A DNA stretch of 58,535 nt, the filler included, from Sphacelaria rigidula (lineage: Eukaryota): assembly GCA_964200075.2 (NCBI GenBank). It is 5 parts of 5 records of this genome, joined end to end, with 100 filler letters (N's around TTAATTAATTAA, not from the genome) between each part and the next. Parts side by side here need not be neighbours in the genome. Positions count along the whole stretch, not along the records: positions 46,913 to 58,535 come from CAXNAA020004689.1; 4 more parts are not named here. The stretch is one strand, 5' to 3'. Within the stretch, counting starts at the first letter, position 1. Every line of letters starts with the position of its first letter. A program made the position numbers and the translations under genes. The notes under the pieces were generated by a model, which was given only the letters and a program-made list of their open reading frames with translations, was not told where the DNA came from and searched no databases. This document shows, one piece after another, positions 47,648-58,535 of the stretch.

Positions 47648-49787
47648 AATAATCTCTTTGATAATTGCCCCGCAATTCAACTGATCAGAGATTATAATTC
47701 CGCAGGGATCCAGCCATAATACGTGGTCGTATCTGTCCTTGTCTGTAAATACGCCGACTGTTGTGTTCATGTTCAGGCTTTGCAGTTTGTGACGATATGC
47801 CATACAACTTCAACAACACTCTCTTCTTCCGGTGCATACCACCTACCTACTGTATCGAAAATATGAATAGCAAGCACGATACACGGTACAGATGAGGTGG
47901 GATTTTGTTGTTCTGGGGGGTTTGAACAAGGTGACGACAACATTATTATGGAAAATTACCCAATTTAAAACCTAGATCCTGAAGCTATACTCGTACAGTG
48001 TCAAGAGACTATAAACACGCATACACACACCAGAAGGACCAGTCTCTACTTACAATATGCATGCTTCCATTTATTTCCGATTGGCAACTCCGATTAGGAT
48101 GTGGGTACCCTCGAGAGACGGTGCTCACCCTTTCATCGTAAGAATAGTTGACGGAGCGATCTCGGTAATAACTTATGATTATGCATTAACGCTAACCATT
48201 ACAAGCCCTAATCCTGACCCCGTCTAAAGCATACGAGAACCATCGGGCAAGGTTGGTGTAAAGGTTGCCCTAAGAGAAGCGTACGTTGGCAGACCTCAAG
48301 TCGGCGCCTGTGGATAAAAACACGTTTTGGGCACTCCAAGATCACTTGAGACTGTCAGCCACTCTAAAGATCCAAATACCGATGTTCACTCTTTTAATCA
48401 AGCCGTCAACCATTATTACGTCCAATGCGTGAGCTCCACTGAACTTGAACGCCAGTATCGGCGTACTGGTGCATTTTTAATGCAGTTTGGCGCACACACA
48501 TCCCAAATATTGCAACACATACGTGCGGCCACACACCACCGCTACGCACTGCAATAGTGTTGAGATGAGCTCCTCCTGCGTTACACTGCAGAGCAAAAGA
48601 TAATGTACGGCAATATTATGAATAACAGGCGGAAGCAGCATGCTCTTGTAGAGGAAACGTCTTCGGGATAAAACTAACTACGCCTACTACATACAATCGT
48701 CGTAACTACTACTGCTCACGTACTGGCAACCGAAGTTGGAGTTTCATGCGCAGACAACGGCAGTTGTAGTGTCGAAGAAACAGCAGTGCACGCGCCAAAA
48801 AATGTAGAAAATGCACCGGACAACAGGCAACCGTGAAAGACGGTCCATTAATAGCGTGGCGCTCAAGAAGGTGCTATCGAATACGGCGTAGATACATATT
48901 CCATGAGATGACTTGCATGCCCTTTCAGTGCTGAAGACTGTACTGCGCCGATAAGACAAAACTGGCTGGCTGGCTGCACTCAGTCGACAATCACGCATAA
49001 CAGTACAAAATTCTTCAAAGTACATCTGCTACACATGTATCTCTACTGTACAGCCCTCGCCGGCCCATTGTTCCAAGTTCGATGTCAGATCACTGTTATT
49101 ACCGCTCAATGCGGGGTACATGGACTGCACGGTTCTGTTTGCCGCAACCCCCGCCCGCACTAAAGACCCTTTGTAGGACCAGACTATCATCGATATATGC
49201 ATTTTTCACACGATTCGAAGTTCTCAGCGTCGATTCGACAAACAACTACCCCGGTAGGTATTTCACCGAGATGGTCGCGAGTCAGGGTCTGTGAGATGAA
49301 TTGGGGTCCGGATAGCGCTTTGATCGAGAGCTGAGACGCTTACAAACGACAATGTTATACACAGTACGCCGACGTTCCGTTCCGTCGAATTTTGAGTTTA
49401 TGGATATTTAGAGTCCGACCCGAACCGACCGTCAAGTCAAGAATTTAAAAATTCAAAAACGTGAACATATCTCAGAAATTGCGCCGCCCCGCCACCGTTC
49501 GAGGCCCTTGATGGGTGTCGTGACGTTGTGATTCAAAAACATGAATTCCTGCATGTACTACTACTTTACTACACACGGCCACGCTTTATCCCGGGGTTCC
49601 GCAGCAGAAGCAGTAGCCAGCCCATGAATGCATACATGCGCATGCGCTGAGTGGGAGGGTTGGCCAGCGCCCGAACACCGGAGGCCTCCTGCACAGCGGA
49701 GGGGTCCGCACAGACCCGGGGGGTACGTGCTGGGTGCGGCTTTATTATCTCAGAGCACATCAAAACCGCGACGGTTGGTTTCTGTTT

Positions 49788-49829
49788 CACACACACACAC
49801 ACACACTGTGTGTGTGTGTGTGTGTGTGT
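49788..49829. repeat. Self-complementary (CA)n-(TG)n microsatellite
   Basis: CA tract directly followed by a TG tract, forming an inverted repeat. Confidence 0.9.
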
Positions 49830-50093
49830 TTGTACTGTCGTACCGCATGCTGTGTAGTGGACTGCACGTTAGTTTCACGCGCTGAAATACACCGAGAGGG
49901 GTGTGGCGGCTGACCGTTTTGCCCCGCGAACAGATCCTCTGCGTGAGCGTGCTGCCCCACTTCAAAGCCGACGTTACTCCCCCGGCGTGCTCGAGCATTA
50001 CAACGTTGCTTTGCGTAACGGCCGTTGGGTTGACCTCCCGAGAAGATCGGTCCTTTACCTGCAGCAGGAATCGCAGAGCCGCTGGCCCTTGCC

Positions 50094-52499
50094 ATGGACA
50101 GGAGCACTCGCACTCAGGCCTTACTTGAAGAGTCGTGGACGATGCCATGGTTAGACGACGGCACCTTCCCGTACTGGCCCGAGGCCGCGCGTATGGGCGA
50201 CCTCGATGACTTCATGAGCTGGCTCGAGGTACAGGACGAAGAAACCGCGGCGCTCGTTGTCAGACACGCGCGCGAGTTCGCGCAGGTGCATCGCCTTGTG
50301 ACCCGCGAACTGATGGGAACGAAACAGCAACAACATGAGCGGCGCGTCGGCGGCAGCATTTTGGGAACAAACGGCAGCAGCAGCAGCAGCAGTGGCAAAG
50401 CTGGCCGTATCCTGCACGCACGGGGAGAAAACTCCGGTGGTGGTCGTCATACTACAGCTGCAGTTGCGGCAACACCCGCCACAGCCGCGGCGACCAGTGG
50501 ATTTTTGGGTCAGGGTGCCGATCGCCGTAGAGGGAAGCATCGCCAACAGCAGCAAGCAGATTCCACACTTCGCCCCCACCCGCGAAATCATAGTGTTACT
50601 GTAGATTGTGGGCGGCCCGTTGTGGGACCACCACTTGACCATCGGCGCACATCTACCAGGAGGGATGGCAGACGAGGCGGCGGCATTGCCCCAGAAAGAA
50701 TGTCACAGCAGCAACAGCAGCGGCCACACAGAAGCGCCCAAGACTGCCCCCAAGTAGGCCGGATCCTGTCCTGGTCGCCCCCATGTTCAGCCGGCGGGGA
50801 GACTCGAAGACGAAGCGGCAGCAGCGGCTCGTATGAAAAACTGACATTTGCAGCTGCAGCAAGAAGACAGAGTACGCAATCCATATCTTCATCTTCGCAA
50901 CTTTTGGATGAAGTTCGTCTCGCCACCTCGTCCGTGCGCAGTGCGCCCGATGCGTCATCCCTTAGTGGTCTAGGACCCAACCGGGCAACCTCCTTCCGTC
51001 GCAGCCGCTCCGGCAGTACCCACTCCGTAGCAGCTAGCGCTAACAAGAGAAGAAGTGCGCCAGACTCGGGCCACCGCGATGGCGTTATCGACAACCGACC
51101 TGGCGTGCACGACCCTCGGATGCCTACGGGAGTCTCGTCACGAATTACACCAGCGCCAACAAACATGCGCGGCACGAGGTCGACAGCACGACGACATTTG
51201 GCTTGGACAGCTGGTGAACCCCGTGCCGTGGAAACAGCGCCGGCGGGGGTGGCAACCATGAATGGCCAAGTGCCCGGCCGAGGGCAGAGCCGACACCGCC
51301 GTAGCGCCGACCCTGAACAGCATGATTCCAGGAGCGCGGTATCCGAAGGTGAAGTGTCGCGATCGATCTTGATCGTTCCGGGCGACCCAAGCATATTGAG
51401 TAGTAGCGCTGGTATCTCAAGATCGCGCGTCGAGCGGCAACGTGCAGGAGGGGGGGGCAAAAATGGTGACGGTGACGGCAGCAGCAGCCGCCGTAGCGAC
51501 GGTGACTGCGACGAGAGACACGGAGGTGGCAAGCCACGAAGGCAGACCAGAGCTGGAAGCGTTGACGGGGTGTCGTCCTCTGGTATGTCCGACTTCTTCA
51601 CGCACACCGTACCGCCTCCTCATCATGAGAGGACTTTCGGCCGTGGCTTCTTGTCGGCTCAGCGACAACGCCACTCAGAATCCTTGCCATTTTCGCCGGC
51701 CTCGTCCGTTGACCATCGGCTGTCGCCCAAGCCGACAGGCTCGCGACCGGCCCCGCGTCTGTCTCCCTGGCAACAAAACAGGATTCCCAGCGCCCTCCCT
51801 TCCTTCAGCAATTTCGATTACGCAAACGGTGTGACTGGCCAGGAAAAGGACGCGAGACGGGGAAGAGCCGCAAAAGAAGACTTCGATATCAGCGCTCGGC
51901 CTGGCAGTAGCATTCGATCTTGGTCGTCTGCGGGGGAACGGGGTGGCATCAGCGTTAGTGAGAACGGAAGGAGCGCCAAGAATCTGCCGAAATACAACGG
52001 GCGGCGTTCCACGAGGGCTGATAGTGGCGGCAGAAAGTCATTGGGTGTGGCGTCACGGCGATCCCCCTCCGTAGCAGTAGCGGGGGCGGCGGCAGCAGCT
52101 GTACCCCCGCCTCCCCCGGTGGGCGAACGTTGGCTCCGTATGCGAGACCCTGTTTCGCAGCGGCAGTTCTACTTCGATCCGGAAACTCGCGCCGCGGAGT
52201 GGGAAGATGGGGGAGCGGTATGCACGCCCGGGGGATTAGGGTTGGGCCTTTTGTCGGCGGAGGAGAGGGAGAAACTCAGGCGTAAATTCGAGCGGAGGCA
52301 GCGCAGGGGACCGAGAGGTGGGGGGAGGGTGGGATCGCAGCAGCCGGGGCTTCGGGAGAGAGTGCTGCGAAAAATGACTCGTGAGGGGAATGGTGGGGGC
52401 AGCGGCGGTGTGGGTGGGATGGGACAGGTGGGAGAGGGGGAGTTGCAGTCGCTTCCTGAGGACGCGGTCTCTGTCGTGGATTCAAGGCGGAGCGCGTGA
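50094..52499 (+). CDS. 801-aa largely low-complexity Ser/Arg/Gly-rich protein with a C-terminal WW-like domain
   Basis: 2.4-kb uninterrupted GC-rich ORF, ATG in gccATGG context, in-frame upstream stop at ~50031; PPPPPVGERWLRMRDPVSQRQFYFDPETRAAEWED (~52104-52208) fits the WW pattern (W...aromatic triplet...W). Confidence 0.75.
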   Translation: MDRSTRTQALLEESWTMPWLDDGTFPYWPEAARMGDLDDFMSWLEVQDEETAALVVRHAREFAQVHRLVTRELMGTKQQQHERRVGGSILGTNGSSSSSSGKAGRILHARGENSGGGRHTTAAVAATPATAAATSGFLGQGADRRRGKHRQQQQADSTLRPHPRNHSVTVDCGRPVVGPPLDHRRTSTRRDGRRGGGIAPERMSQQQQQRPHRSAQDCPQVGRILSWSPPCSAGGETRRRSGSSGSYEKLTFAAAARRQSTQSISSSSQLLDEVRLATSSVRSAPDASSLSGLGPNRATSFRRSRSGSTHSVAASANKRRSAPDSGHRDGVIDNRPGVHDPRMPTGVSSRITPAPTNMRGTRSTARRHLAWTAGEPRAVETAPAGVATMNGQVPGRGQSRHRRSADPEQHDSRSAVSEGEVSRSILIVPGDPSILSSSAGISRSRVERQRAGGGGKNGDGDGSSSRRSDGDCDERHGGGKPRRQTRAGSVDGVSSSGMSDFFTHTVPPPHHERTFGRGFLSAQRQRHSESLPFSPASSVDHRLSPKPTGSRPAPRLSPWQQNRIPSALPSFSNFDYANGVTGQEKDARRGRAAKEDFDISARPGSSIRSWSSAGERGGISVSENGRSAKNLPKYNGRRSTRADSGGRKSLGVASRRSPSVAVAGAAAAAVPPPPPVGERWLRMRDPVSQRQFYFDPETRAAEWEDGGAVCTPGGLGLGLLSAEEREKLRRKFERRQRRGPRGGGRVGSQQPGLRERVLRKMTREGNGGGSGGVGGMGQVGEGELQSLPEDAVSVVDSRRSA

Positions 52500-55215
52500 T
52501 GAATGGAGTGAGTTACTCATTTTCGAGTGGGAATGAATGAGTGTCATGCGTTGGGTAGAGAAGAGAAGGCGCTTTGAGTGAATCGATACGGGATGAGCAA
52601 TGCACTCGCTGTCATGATGCACGATAGGATGTCAATTTCTCCCTTCCCCACTACAGGATGAGGGGTACGTGTGAGAGTAGCGAGCGAGCGAAACAGGGGT
52701 CTGCAGTACCTTCCAATTACGTTCCCTCCGTTGGTGCGAGGTTCTTGGAACGAGAGGGCATACAGGGTTATTGCATCCACACAAGCATCATCAGATGTTA
52801 TTGCGCAGGCCTTAAACATCGTCTTGGATGGCGTTTGTTGTCCCCGTGCGGCAATCGTCCGGTTCCCCCGAGGCCCTCCGTCAGTCCCACGAGTATCTGG
52901 ATTCCCAAGTTGTTCGATGGTCCTGCTCACCGCCAGCAGTTTGGTCAACCATGTCGTCTGCTTGCGTGGGTCTGTGCGTGATTGATTGAATGGTTCAGAA
53001 GGAGTGTTGCATGCGATAGATACATGGTGCGTGAAGTATGCAGTATATTGCCTGTTTGCAATAGGCAACAGGCTCGATACTTCACACAGGGTACATTTCC
53101 CCCATTGCAACTCAGTTGATTGTTCATTTTCCAGCGTTTGGCACCCACCTTATCATGGCACCCCGCCAATTTCCTTCATGAAAGATCCTAAATGTATCCC
53201 TTGCAAGATGTATGAAAACGTCACAAGATTTTAGTCATTCATGGTATTGTGTCCACCCTTCCTTTCTTGTTGTTTTAATTGCATCGTGTTCTGTTGGATC
53301 CTCGATACAGGTCCCTGTCAAGTCAGATTTTTTTTTTTTTTCTTGTGTCCTGTGCCGTGGCGTGTGGTTAGCTAGCTTTCTCGTGTAAAATAGCTAATTT
53401 TCGTTTTGTGAGTGCGTGCGTGTGCGGGTACGTTTTGTCTGTCTGCCTCTCTGTATGGTTCACGTGTGCCATGCCCAATGATGTCATACTGTCCGATCCC
53501 ACTCTTCCAACACCTCAACTACAATGGTTGTGGTGGTTGTAGGGTGCTGCATCATGGGACCGGCGGTACGGCAGTGTGTCGGGTGTATTTGCGAAAGTAT
53601 ATGCACCTGCCCCTGTGCCTGTTTTGCCGTTTGATGTCGAGCGCCCCTTCCCCCATCCTTCCTCTGGGCTTGATTTTCTGCGGATAAAAATACGTTGTAA
53701 AGTAGCAGTCCGCGCAATTATCGCACGGGGAACGTGGACATCACGCAAGCCGCTTTTAGTTACCACAGGAGTATTTTAAGCACTTTATCTCTCCCCCATC
53801 TTATTATCGTGGGAAATGTAGTAGCACGGGCGGGCTACATGATGGCAGTGTTTTGCCATTCATTCCACTCCTCCCCCCCGATCCCACACACCCTCACACC
53901 CCGCCCGCTGAGGTGCTTTCGTTGTGTCGAGCAAAATAAAACCATATTCCGATCCCCCCTCCCCCCGCCTCTCTCTGCGGTCAGATATGTCAACAGTGGC
54001 GACAGCTTCGGAGCACAAGAACCAGTCTTCGTGTGCATTTGTTGGTGGCATGGTGGTATAATAGTCGTTGTTAGTGATGATAATTTTCTCAACCGTGTGC
54101 ATTTGTGGTGGTGTGTCTGTGTGTGAGTCTGTGTGTGAGTCTGTGTGTTCGTGTGTGTTTGTGGAGTAGGCCGGCGACTTACTCAACGTTACCCCAGAGG
54201 TGCCCCGATCAGGGTTGTTGTGCTCAGGCTCTTGCCATTATGATGACCCCATGACGAAAAACAGGGACAAGAACGGGGTGGAAGGGAAAATGTTTGTGTG
54301 GAGTTCCATGTAAGGACAGGGGTAACCATGGTGTAGTGAGCAAGCACTCTACGTCAAAAGTGAGCGTCAATTGTGTCCAGGGTAGGGGGGAGTAGGAGGG
54401 GGGAAATTAGTTGCAGTAATCGGGGGAACTATCCGTGAAAATCAGGTGTTGCAGCGTGTTAAAACCGTGGAGGTGGTACAAATTACGCTATGCAAGCGTC
54501 AACAAGCGGGACACCCGTTTTTTCTTACGCGCTTCAGCTGCGAGATCTCGCTTTTTTGCGCTTGTCCCGGTTTTTTCCGTTGTGGGTGCATATAGTATGA
54601 AAATAGCAAATTATTAGCTTTTAATTAGTTTCTTTTTTTATACAGAGGGTTTGAGATTTATCTACTATTTTCTTTGTCTCGGTACAATTTCGATAGGGAT
54701 AGTACAATGGTTCATTAGTTGGTGAGTGTACGTATTTCTTAGGGTTAGCTCGCAAGATTTATCTTTACTCTTTCATGTGTATGTGTGGTGTCTTCATGGA
54801 TGTCTCGCACCCGCGTTTTTATGCTTGTATGTGTGCATGCGTGAGGTACGTGGAATGTTTTTCCGGGTTTATCGGAGACACGTTGCGCCCGGTGCGGTCC
54901 GTTTTCAGATATTGGCTCTCCACCCCACTGTACGACACTGGAGGAGACAGGGGGTAGTATGAGCACACCCCATTCACACTCATTTCAGCCTTGTCTACAA
55001 AAAAGGGGGGGCAGAACTGCCCCCCTCCGCTCACAAGTTTTGCTTCTCGCCGACGCGCGTGAGCATTGGGAAGTTTTCGGTTCACACTGCAGTAGCGCCT
55101 TTTTCGTACGGGCAGTTAGAGACATGGAGAGAGAGATCCCCCCCTCCCCCCCGNNNNNNNNNTCCTGCCGCGCTAGTGTGCTTCTCTGGCGCCGCGTCGA
55201 GAAAGGGGGGGGAGC

Positions 55216-55246
<31 letters not shown>

Positions 55247-58200
55247 TTTTACAGGAGAAGGCGGTATATAGGTACGAGTCTACATTGTTGAGGGAACGAG
55301 GATCATGATCCATATCACGGTTGCTTTGGCGGCAAGGAGTTTCAAGGGAGTAATTGTACACCATGGCTTGTGCGATGGAGGAGGAAAGCCCATAGTTCGT
55401 GCATCTGATTTCGTCATTATCCGAGTATGCCCCCCACCCCCCCCCCCTCCCTTCCCACTCCTACAGGTAAGGGTTAGATATGAGAGTAGTGAAACAAACC
55501 AGGATCATGATCCAAATCACAGTCTCGTGGCGTGTGCACCGCCCGTGCCCCTCTCCCCGAGCCTTTTTATACGAACCGGATGGGAGCGGGGAGGGGGAGG
55601 GGGGGGGGACCCGCCCGCTTCCCATGGGCCTTTGAAGGGGGGTACAACTTCCTCCCACCTTGCGGCCCGCGTCAGGTACGAGTTGTTGTCTCACTACTCG
55701 TTTTCTCATACTGGTGGATCCTGGGACCCGCGAATATCGGTGAAACGAGGGGGGGGACGGTGGAGGAAGTTGACCGATTCAGTTTCTGGTATTCTCTTCG
55801 CAGTAGTAGATATGTAGCAATATACTGACTCGTTGAAACATGCGGGGGGAAAACTTAGTTCGTTCGTGCTCTCCACAAGTTTAGCTGTGAAGGGGTCAGC
55901 GGGGAGGCGAGAGATTGCACGGCATTAAGAGGTTTTGATGGTATTTAAGCACAGGGACGGGGCCAAACACCTCCGGAAGATCAGATTAGACTCGATGCTG
56001 CTGGCCAAGACTTCTTCCCCATAAGAAGAAAATAGCTGGCTTTTTTTTCGTCTCCCCTCGCCCAAATTGTTTTTCATCAAACAAACACTGTTTGGCGTTG
56101 GCAGGGTATTATTGGCATTTTTTTTACAAGCGTTCACAAAGTTACGCGTAGCGTTCGTTTCATTCAATTAATTTGCTGCATCCCACTTTTGTACCTAATG
56201 TCGTGGGGTCAAGTAGATATCACAGTCCTGGTGGGAAGCGGGCAAAGACATTTCGGTGTTGAAGCTCGTTTTCCCTTGGAGTTGGCTCTTTTTTTGTTAC
56301 TCCGAGAGTATAAATGGTTGCGTCCGTCCCTGAGAAGAGAAGAAGGTTATTCTATTTTACTTGCATACCCTTTTCGCGGTAGATATTTTGTACTTCATTA
56401 AACAGGTCGTGTGTATATACATGGTTTTCATCTCGCCCTCGCCCGGGGGTAAGATTTGATTTTTTTTCAGTGTACTACAACGATTTCGTTTAGCTTTGGA
56501 GTTATCCTTGTCGTCGTCGTCGTGTGTGTGTGTGCATGTGCACTTACTGTACGTGCGTGCATAATTTTTCTTTAAAAGTGGAACAACTTCACAGTAAGCT
56601 AAGACTGGGTTCAACTAGAGAGGAGGGCCGTTCCTAACAAAAATGTGCTTTTCCTCATCGCTCCCCACCCATCCACCCACCAGCTCCGGTGATTGTATGA
56701 ACGAAAAAAAAGTACGAGTACATGCATCCTCTTTTATTCTGTTTTTTTTTACTTCGTTCGGAAAAGCCGCCCTTGTCTTCTTTTTTCTGTAGCAAAATTT
56801 CCTCCAGAATGGCGACCCTTTGGACCCTGTTAGACGGTTGGTGTCAATTCCACTCTCGACGCATTGCGTGGTATCTAGGTAGGGCGTGGGGAGTAAATAG
56901 TTCGCATCGTGCTGATCAATCGGGGCTGTCGGGAAGTACAGTTAGAATTCCTGTAGACGCTGGGACTGGGTTGTCACCGGGGTTGAAGTAATATCTATAT
57001 ATATAAATGTGGACATGTATGTGTAGATCACTGTTGACTCTGTTGATTTTCAGGAGAATATCAACATGTAGCGACATCCTCATGCTTTGGGGGCCCATCC
57101 ACTGTATTACAAATATGTGCATGGTATTTTCGAGGAGACTTTTTTTTTCTGGAGTTTTCGGATGGATGGGTGGGTGAGTGGGAAGGGGGCGGGGGAGACT
57201 TGGGCGGAGCGGAGAACGCTTACTTTTTGAGGTAAAAAGAAGCAATGAAGTACAAGAAAAGAAATGCAGGAGGAGGTGAAGAATTGTTTTCAGCCAAATT
57301 GCTGTAAATGCGATGGGAGAATAGGGGTTGTATGAGCAGATGATCCATGGCGAGGGAAGGGAAGGGGTTGTACTCATTTGTTACTTGCGCCCTCCCCTAT
57401 CCCCTCGAGGGGGGGAGGTGGATTTGAAAGTCGTCTTGCCTTTTGTGTCTTCTTTAGCGTGTGATGTTTTGTGCTGTCTTTTTCGATTGATTTGCCCCGC
57501 GAGTTTTTGTACGTCTTTGACGCCCACCTAAACGCGCTCGTCGTTCTTCACCTTGAGAATATACGGGCATTTTTCCTTGTATGCGTTTTGTTTTATTGTA
57601 AACCAATAATAGCATATTTATTTTCAGGCACTGCAGGGAGGCATTTGCATTTGAAAAGTCGCTTGTTCAAGCATGGTGAGATGGATGAACTTACTTTTTT
57701 TCCCGCCAGGTTTCGGTGGGTGATACATGAGCGATTCGTTCGCTCCGATGTGCACGGATTGTGTTCCAGTGAAATGGCACATGACGCGAGGATCTTCCAC
57801 ATGACCGGGAGTGAGCTGTTCGCTCACATGCCCATCATCTTAGGAGCCTGTCGACAAAATGGTGCGATGAAGACGTCTCGTGCATGACCGTCGTGTTTAC
57901 CTCGGGCTACAAATCTCACAACACATGCGTCGTATTTTTTCTCCTCTATGCACACCTCCCACACTACGATACTCGTGGACGTCCTTGAAAGGGTCGAGGG
58001 AATTAATTTTTTCCGGCCGTTTCCGGTCCGTCCTTGTTGTAGGGGGATGAACCATGGATTGTATTTTCTTCAGCGGAGCAGCCTCGAAAAGCAATTACCA
58101 ACAACATACGTCCACGTGTTTTTTTTCGTTCTGCCCACTTGATGGTTCACACCGTTTGAGTCGCCTCCAGCAAAGAGACAAGCCGAGTCAAAAATTGTCT

Positions 58201-58535
58201 CTTCCCGAACTCTTCCTGTTGTGTGCTTATGGACTTTGCCAAATGATAACATCAAACACTTCGGTCCAGAGGAAGACTAGCTATACCGCGTGTGCTGTAT
58301 CTGTGTCCTAAAATAATAGCTACCACCGCACCCCGGTGTTCAAATAATGGTGCAGCAACTGCAGAGTCTAGGTCCGTTCGTGGCTGGCTGTAGTGTGTTG
58401 TCGTCCCATCTATTCTGGTCTACACCTTTCGGTACATGTGGGCGCACCAGGCGGGATCACACAGGAGAGTGATGCTACGGTAGGGGTACACAAATATTTT
58501 CTGAGGTTAGAATTGTTAGGAGCCCTTTATCTCGT

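Noticed and set aside
50588-51607. 339-aa minus-strand ORF (also 17438-18426 minus ORFs)
   Set aside because: Antisense shadows of GC-rich real exons.
56861-56960. tRNA-Gly-like start gcattgcgtggtatctaggtag
   Set aside because: No cloverleaf and no intact T-loop motif.

Overview
Eukaryotic nuclear DNA, inferred to be brown algal (Phaeophyceae/stramenopile) from kb-scale GT-AG introns, small exons, poly-G/C tracts, (CA)n microsatellites and a diatom/brown-algal-type plastid presequence. The window is not one locus. It is five contigs (11630, 11628, 11627, 11627 and 11623 bp, i.e. size-sorted) joined by identical artificial 100-bp linkers (44 N + TTAATTAATTAA + 44 N). Contig 1 holds the 3' part of a casein kinase II beta gene (- strand) with a tandemly duplicated exon and a candidate optional Gly/Ala-rich tail. 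Contig 2 holds a divergent pair (a putative secreted protein and a putative plastid-targeted protein) plus a triply nested stack of MITEs. Contig 3 holds the 3' part of a phosphoinositide phospholipase C gene. Contig 4 holds the 3' part of FACT subunit SPT16, including a GC-AG intron and a duplicated splice donor. Contig 5 holds an 801-aa uninterrupted ORF with a C-terminal WW-like domain. The introns are rich in non-autonomous DNA-transposon derivatives (Tc1/mariner-, hAT-, piggyBac-, Harbinger- and CACTA-like). The most unusual signal is a ~70-nt poly-C-tailed interspersed element with an RNA-like fold (GNRA hairpin, G-U pairs, closing stem). All 7 gene-associated copies lie on the sense strand of the host gene. 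All gene models were built by hand from splice signals and recalled family motifs; no database search was run.
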